Shown here: piece after piece, positions 31,001 through 40,000 of the stretch
How positions within the stretch are numbered: the first letter of the stretch is position 1
Layout: each line of letters opens with the position of its first letter
Source: Candidatus Woesearchaeota archaeon
GTDB taxonomy: Archaea; Nanobdellota; Nanobdellia; Woesearchaeales; UBA525
Assembly (NCBI GenBank): GCA_028818155.1
Contig: JAPPOH010000005.1
Span: 29,943-93,942 of the forward strand
DNA: 64,000 nt
Direction: 5' to 3'
Translations under genes and position numbers: made by a program
The notes under the pieces: generated by a model
Told to the model about the DNA's origin: nothing
The model's input: the letters and a program-made list of their open reading frames with translations, nothing else
Database searches by the model: none

Positions 31001-34000
31001 GTGTTCCATTCCCATCTACTATTGTCCGGGGTAGTTCAACGGTTACATTGTTTTTGAATTCCACAATGCGGAGCTCTGTATCACAATCAGTGTTATATCC
31101 GTCCAGATTTGAAATATTCACGAGAACAACTTCCCCATAACGAGGGCTATTTGTTGTCTCATTGAGATCAATCGCAATACGCCTTCCCCATGACGTGTTC
31201 CACCACGGAGCACCGGTTGTTGAAGCATTTGTGTAAATGATATCTGTCGTAACATTCGTATTCAATTGTGCCCATGAGGAATTGAACACTGTCACAGTGA
31301 TATTTACAATCTCTCCCTGCTGATAATTCGACTTATCAGTCACCACCGAGATGTTTACTGGCAGCGTTATGTTTACAGTAACAAATCGAGTTTCTGACGT
31401 ATTCACATTCCCAGACGCATCACTACATGTGACGTTCCACTCATGTATTCCATTCCCCAGTGTTTGCACTCTGTTAGTTAACGTGTTGTTAGGGGCATTG
31501 AAATTCAAGTTACCACTATCAACAACACCATCAATCGTTAGATTGCATGTCATATTCGCAGAAAAGTCATCAATAGGTGTGAAATTGAAGTTGATTGCTG
31601 GAATTAGTGCAGTTGTATCGTTCAGCGGCAAACTTAAGTTGATGAACGGTGGTATTCCATCAATATTTATCGTGTATGGTCCATTATACGCGGTGCCATT
31701 CTCACCCAAGTTATCTGTACAATTCACCGTCCACGTATGCACGCCCGTAGCCATGTTGTTCACAATGAAGGAGTTGTTTCCTGGCACGGTGAGTCCGGTC
31801 GTATTAGATCGGTTAACAACATCGTCAATGATGAGCGAACAATTGCCGATGCCATCTCCATCTTGTACATAGTATGTAAAGTTGACAGTATTCCCAGACT
31901 GTGTCGTCCCATTTACAGGTACTTGTAACTCAATGAATGGCGGACCTACAATCGTGAAGTTTCTTGTTTCAGAGATATTATAGTTCCCTGCTTCATCAAC
32001 ACACGTAACATTCCAGAAGTGTAACCCATCAGGCAGTGTGAGATTTCTATTTATCATGACCTCTGCACAGCCGTCAGGAGGAGGTCCAGAGACATTTCCT
32101 TCCTCGAATGCACCCCACACCATGAGTTCAGCAGCGTGTGTGTCACACGTATCTGCAGCGTCTTGTTCGCAGTAGCGGAAGTCCATGCCGCCTGCAACAA
32201 CGCTTCGGGCCCAGCGATACTGTGTGTCTTGTCCACCAGCGTCATCGTTTTGTGCCACCATAACAATGGGTGTTGTATACGCAGGTGTGAATGTTGCCGC
32301 AGTCCACGTCGAACTTGCAATAGCAGCACTACTGTTCTGGTATCCAACGATTTGTTCGTCAGGGGTGATCGCCACCCACCCAATCGTTTCTGTTGCGTCA
32401 CTCCCTGTACAATCATTCGCTATTCCCTCGTGCACACAACCAGTGAGCCCTGTCTGTGATGTTGTCGTATCAGCATCATCAAACCAGAAGCCCATCGCCA
32501 TTTCACCAGCATTTTGCGTGTATGTTTGCATCGTTCCCCACACGTGCGGTACACCACTCAGCGTTTTCCCGAAGGACATAGTTTGTTCGACGCCATTACC
32601 TTGGATGCCTGTTGACGTTCCTGCAGCGATCCAGTCATAGCCAGCGATCGCATCAACATCAATAACAACATAATGGACGTCCTCAAGTTCAGTTGTCGTG
32701 TCACACGTCGTTGCGCCATTGTCGCTGCACAAGCTGACGTTGAATCCTGTGGTTGTTACATCTTTCACGACAGCAACGAAGCCGTTATCGTCTTCGGCTG
32801 CTCCTGCGTTCTGGCTTGCAGGCGTTGCAATCACAACAGGGGTTGATGTATACGTTCTATTGTACGTGATGTATGCGAACTGGAAATCTTCAACCTGTAC
32901 CGCACCAGCTTCACCAATCGTCTCATCACAGCTTTTATCGTATGCCCGTGCAGGTGATGGGATGTTGGAATCTTCCACCACACCATTTATGGTGATGTTA
33001 CAGAGAAGCTCAGTATCAAGGTTGTCGAAAACTGTGAAGTTTAAGCTCGCCACACCTTCTGTGAATGTGATACCGTCCGTTGTGTTGAGGAGCGCGAGCG
33101 GTCCTATAGTATCAACGGTGAAGTTTCTTGTGCTGCTGCTCCCCTCAAATCCACCAAGATCAGTGCAGTTCACACTCCACAAATGCACACCATTCGAAAT
33201 ACCAGTAATGTTAAAGAAATTCGGCTGGTTTGCTGTTACGCTTGTATTTGTTTCATTTGCTACACCATCAAGAATAAGTGTACAATTACCTATTCCAATA
33301 GGATCAACCGGTGTGTAGTTGAACAGCACAGTACTTTCATTCAAGAATGCGTTCGCTGCTGGCGCATTCAGGGTGACTGTGGGGGGTCCTGTGTTCTGTG
33401 TGAAATAGAATGTTTCGGATGTAGCACTATTTCCTGCTTGATCAATACATGTAACGCTCCAATTGTGTGTTCCATCAGGCACCGAGAAGACGGTGACGTT
33501 TGCCTGTCCGCCAACATCCGCTGCGACGTTGCTCACATTAAGGATATCGTCGATCGTCAAGTTGCAGATCAGCGTTCCTGTGAAATCATCTGTGCCGTTC
33601 CAACCAAACGTTACATTCGACGTTGGTGGGCTCGTGTTGTTTCCAGGAGTATCAAGTGCAATACTTGGTGCTACGTTGTCAATTCGCACATCAATTGTTT
33701 CATTATTCTCTGCACCAAACGTATCGTTACACTCAGCAGTTAGATTGTAGAGCGCGTTCGCAGCTACTGTCGTGTCTGACGAATTGTAGAAACTCGTTGC
33801 ATTTGCCTTTAGTGTTCCTTCAGGTCCAATACCGATGGTGTCGTTATGATAGTAGTAATCACACACATCGACACCGTTATCATCTTCCGCGCTGATATTG
33901 GAGAGTTGTGTCAACCGAATATTTGGCCGCATTCGCGTCCGCACTTCAACGTAATCTGTGAAAATATCAGCACGAGCATCAATACCTGCTGCAGTTGTTT

Positions 34001-37000
34001 GGTTTCCAACGATGAGGATGTGGAGATCACCGTCATCAAGAATATCATCGACGCCTTGTAATTCGAGTTCAATGTACATATCTGCAGCTATCGTGTTGTT
34101 CGCTTCATGTATTCGAGTGTATGAGTTACTCGTGTGGTTGAATACGTAAATATAGAATGTATCTGCTGTCTGGAATGTTTGCTGTGTAACATACCCTTCG
34201 TAGAAGAAGAGGATTTCTTCTATATCGATCGGCGATTCAGTCACTTCAAATCGGAAGCTCTGATAGACGGACTCTCCAGTATCTGTTGTTGTTGTCGTCG
34301 CAAGTCGAACGTTATTCGACGTTGTGACAGATGAGTAACTCGAGGTTGATATTTCTGTTTCTCGAACGGGGGTACTTGTCGGCAGCAAACTTCCGTTTGC
34401 ACCATCATATAACGCATGTATGTTACTTGGATGCGTGATACCTGTGTATGTGTACGTGCTCACCACATCAGCAGGTTCGATAAATTCAATGAGTGGCTCA
34501 TGTGTCATTCGCTGCCACTCGAATTCAATGTACGCTCCAGGACTTGTCGCTGTGCCATCATTTTCAAAGTCACCACATCCAACATCTGTGAATGCCCGCC
34601 CTGTCCAGAGTGCACACGAGAGTGTGTCATCTTCTCCCTGATCATATACAAAGATTTCATCATTTCCAGGACTGCTCGATGTGATAACATGTCCAACATC
34701 TCCTCCGCCTGGTTGTCCAATAGGATTTCCTTCACCCCAATCACTAAACGACCATGAATTTGAGCTAATCGTGTAGAAGCCACCTTCAGGGAAGTCTTCA
34801 TTCGCATCAACCCACACATATACGATCTGGTCACCTGATTTTTCAATGGCACAGCTTGTTGAATGCAGGGCTGCTGTTCCTTCGTTCCCACCACATTCAC
34901 TTGCAGTATCTTGTACGGGTGTTTCCGAGGATAGTGCTTTCGAGAATGCACTGCCATCCCAGTAGCCACCATCACGATCAGCATCCTGATCACACGTCAT
35001 AACACCGATGTAATCGTGTGCAAACGACCCTGTCGATGGTGATTCTCCACACAAATGCACCTCTCGGGCTTCAGCACCAAGACCATCGTAGATGTTGCCA
35101 AGATGCGTCCACGCATTTGTGCTTGGCTGGAATCGCCATGCATAGAGATCGTCTGAGTTATTCCCGTATGCGAAGAGCATTTCTCCAGAATTTCCTTCCC
35201 ATGCACATGAGAACTGCTTTCTGTCATCTCCATCAGCTTCTAATGTAACGTTGATCGTATGGTTAAACACATTGTTGTCTCCATCCCACACGGTTGCGTA
35301 AATATCACCTGTTCCCGCATCATTTTGTATGCCCATGCCGATGAGGTTAGTGTCCTTTTGTGCACAAAGCTCAAGCCATCTGAAGTCGTTGTTCGGCGCT
35401 CCACTGATACTGTATGTCTGCTCTGTACTGAGATTATCTCCATTCCACAATCTGTAAGCGAAATCCCCATCAAGCCCATTTGCTGTCTCATACACGACGA
35501 GACAATCTTCACTGACGAGATCTTCACATGCGACATCGAAACTACGCTGCACATCCAAGCCCCGATTCGGCTCTACTTGTGTGATATTATGCCACACTCT
35601 GTTCACGATGTCGAATACCGCAAAATCAATAGAGTTATCGACTTCTTGAATCATAGCATAGCACTCGGGCCGCCGTTGAGCACAAACAAATCGATACCAT
35701 GAGATATTGCTTCCAAGTGCGCCAAAGATGTTTTCTTCTTCGCCAAGTACACCGGTCCAATTCCTCTGTAGCGGATTCTCTGGATCAGTGAGGTTTGCGT
35801 ACAGGAGTATTCCAACTTCACCAAACTTCGGTAGTTCAAGATCATTGAACTCTGATGGGGCGTTGACAGTGAATGCACGTTGTTCACTCGTATTCTTATT
35901 CGCACGATTATCAGTGCACGTGACATTCCACGTGTGTGCTCCGTTCGCAACTTCAACAGATCTAGTCGTTGCAGTGCCATTGGGAGAGGGGATGTTTCCG
36001 AGACGAATAGCACCATCAACGATAAGATCACACGCAAGCTCAGGATCTGTATTGTCCGTTGCAGTCCAGTTGAATGTGATCAATGAGACAGCAAAGCTTT
36101 CTGACACGAGCGGTGCGTTGAGGACGATAGTGGGCTCCTCTTCATCAACAATACAGGTGCCACCCCACTCCCCTCCGTCTTGGTAGAACCCTTTCCAGAC
36201 AAGATCCCCAGAGCTGTTTGTGAATGCTACTACAAAGGAACCCTCACAGATGCCAAAGCCAAGCTGCGTGTCGGCGCCAATCGCATCATGTAGGAGGTAT
36301 GTCGCATCAGGCTCACTTGTAATGTTGAATGGTCCTGCCACATAGCTGCCGTTATTATCGAAGACTGAGGCTTTGATGCTGTTATCTGCTCGGTCTTGCC
36401 AGACGACAGCGATATTGCTCGTCCCTTGGAACTCAACTTCTGCGGCAGCAACTCTCGTTTCAGTCCCTAAGTCAGTGTCAACTGCAGCAGAGCCGATTGT
36501 TGTGAACGTATCACCTCCAACATCAAGCACAGTGAGATTGACGTGGTTGACGGCACTGTCGAAGTACACAATACCAACGCGTTCTCCTCCAATGTGTGCA
36601 ATCGCAACCTGTCCTGTTTCACCAATATTCGTGTCAATATCAGTTATGTTGTTGATGATGCTCGCACCTGTGTTTGGAATGATTCTTGCGCTCAAGTCAT
36701 TCTGACTGTCATCGAACCATGCTGTTACGGCGCGCGTGCTGTTCGTTGTTGTACAATCGACAAGGTTCTGGAGTGTTTGTGCAGGCGCAATGTTTCCATC
36801 AATGTTGAACTCACTCACACTCAACGTGCCATCATTCGTGTAGATCTCTCCATCATAGTCGTTATTCAAATCTTCTCCATACGCGACAATGAACTCTGCA
36901 CCGTACTGGCAGACGCCCATGTCTGTGAAGATATTTACATCTGCGTCAACCTGTGTTTGTCCCACCACCGCAGAGCCATTTTCGTGATAGATGTAGAAGT

Positions 37001-40000
37001 CAACATCTTCTTCAGGACCATCATTCACGATGACAACGAAATGTGTTTCATTGATCGGTGCCGCTGCGATGCGACTGGAATCGTCAACAGTTGTATCGAT
37101 ATCAACTTCTGGCACGAGGAGTGTTCCATTTGCGTCCCAAACTTCAAATGATGTGTGATTACTATCAACATCAACCCACGTCACAATAATCGTTGTGTTA
37201 TCGAGTGCCGCGAGTGCTACATCTTGTCCCTGGCTGGCATCGACGTATCCGGTAGGCACATCAACTGTGACGAACCGCGTTTCACTCGTGTTTACGTTGC
37301 CAAATGTATCTTGACACGTGACGTTCCAAATATACAAGCCATCTGACAGAATGAGCGATTTGTTTGCCGCTACACCTGCGCTCGATCCAATTGTGGCTTC
37401 CACATTGCCATTTATGGTCAAGTTACAACTAAGGAACACTGCCTGATCGTCATCAGCTGTCCAATTGAAATCAGTGAGTGATGTGGGTACTGTCGAATCG
37501 TTCGCTGGGGAATTTAGTGTGATGTTTGGTGCGATGTCATCAAACCCACAGAAGCCATCCCATGTACTTCCATTCACGAGGAAGAGTTTTCGCTCACCAA
37601 CGGCAGAGCTATTCGTGAATGATACAACGAATGTCCCATTGCAGAGCCCAGCTTCGTGCTGGGAATTGTATCCTGCAACACCGTGCAATCTGTACGTATC
37701 ATTGATATTTGTGCTAATGTTAAAGGCCGGTGTGATGAGCGTTCCTGTTCTGTTGTACACAACAGCCTCAATGACATCTTCTCCTTGATCATACCATGTC
37801 AGCACGAACATGCTTTCATTGTCTGCTTCAATTTCTGCAACATCTAATCGCACTTGCGAAGTAACAGACGTGTCAATGTTAACAGGGCCAACAGCCGCTG
37901 AGATGGAATCTGCGGATGTATCGACGACAAGCATTTTCACAGTGCTCTCTGGAGAATCATAATAGAACATTGCTATGTCTTCGTCTCGTAACCCTGCGAG
38001 TGCCATCTGTGATGTGCCACCAACATCAAGATCTGCTCCTGATGGCCCTGCAACGATAGATCCTGTTTCATCGTAGAGTGCTGCTGTGAGGTCGTCTGTC
38101 GCGTCATCAAACCAGCTCACGAACCACCTCGTGTCGCTCACCGGCACAACGGAAACGAGATTCTGTAAGTTTTGGTCAGGCGCGACGTTATCGTCAATAT
38201 CGAATTCAGTAGCTTCAACACTGCCGTTGAGATAGTGGATCATGCCGTGAAGATCATCGCCGCTCGTGTCATCGACCCACGCAGAAACGATTCGATTTTG
38301 AATGTATGCTGATGACACGTCAACATTTACGCCCGCATCCGTATCAAGAATGAATGGCGCACCGATCGTACCTTGTTCAAATGCGCCCCAGTACACGAGC
38401 TCACCTGTGTGCGTGTCACAATCATCATTCCCGTCTTGTTCACAGTAGCGGAAGTCCATGCCACCAGCGACAACATTTCGGGCCCACGGATATTGTGGAT
38501 CTTGTCCACCGTCATCATCGTTTTGTGTCACCATGACAATAGGGTCTGCAAAGGTCGGTGTGAATGTTGCTGCTGTCCAGTCAGAGTTGCTGATGTCGGC
38601 ACTTCCTGATTGGAAGCCACCTATTTTGTGATTTCCCGTGTCAATCGCAATCCAACCAACAGTTTCAGTGGAGTCTCCTCCTGTACAGGTATCTCCTGTG
38701 TCTTCATGGACACAGCCAAGAACAGTCGTATGACTTGCGTTTGTATCCGCTCCCTCAATCCATGTGTTCATCGCCATTTCACCAGCAGTTTGCGTGTATG
38801 TTTGTGGTGTCGCGAAGACAAAGGGTGTTCCTGAGAGTGTTTTGCCAAAGGAAACGGCATTATCTGCCCCATTGTGATTTATCCCAGCGGTTGTTCCTGC
38901 AGCGATCCAGTCATATGCTGTGATCGCATCTGGGTCAACGACGACGTAGTGGACCGTTTCAAGATCTGTGTCAGTGTCACACGTTGTTGCGGCGTTGTCT
39001 CGACAGAGACTGACGTTGAATCCTGTGCTCGTTACATCTTTTACGACAGGAACGAAGCCGTTATTGTCATCGGCTGCTGCTGCGTTTTGGCTTGCAGGTG
39101 TTGCAATCACAACAGGCGCATTCGAGTATGTGTTTGCGAACGTGATGTATTGGAAATTAAAGTCTTCAACTTGTGTGCTCCCTGCTTCGCCTATTGGTCG
39201 GTAGGTGTGGTGTCCGCTTTTATTGTAGACGTAGATGTAGTTTGTATCATCATCTGCGTCATAGAGATTGATCAAGAAGTGTGTCGTGTTGATTGTCGCT
39301 GCATCAATGCGTCCCCAGTTTGACGATCCATCTTGCACATCGGTATCAATGTCAATTGCTCCATACAGATCTGTCTCATTTGTGTGTATAATTCTGAAAC
39401 TTGCATCCTGACTTGTCTCTTCTATGTATGCAACAACGTAGAGATCTTCATCTAGTGCTGTGACGTCTGATTCGACGACAGGCTCATCGGAAAACTCTGG
39501 GTCGATTGCCAAGTACCATGGTCGTGCTTCGGTAATTGTTGTTGTGTCGTACGCGACTTTCGATTGTCCAAGTTGGTAGAGTTCTGGGGTGATTTTCGGG
39601 ATTGTTGCTGTGTAGCTCACTGTGGAGCCGTTGCTGAGGTTATTCCACGTAAGGAAAATGTTCGTCGTATCTTGTGTTTGCGTTGCTGTGCTTGTGATGT
39701 TTGTGAAGTTGATGGGCAAGACTTCTGTATAGTTGAACGCACCGCTATGGTTGAATGACGTGACTGTTACAGACACAGCGAGCAGCTCTTTGAATGGATC
39801 TATCGTCACGGGCGCATTCCTGATGATGTCGAACGGATAGTGTTCCTGCACGAGGAAGAAGGAGAGCATGCTCTGGTTCACATTCACATCGTGTGCTTCC
39901 ACGAAGAGATCGTATGTTCCTTCTTGTTCTGGTGTGTATATCGCTTCGTACACTCCATCAGATGTCTCTATGATCGTTGTGATATTCGTCGTTATGTTAT

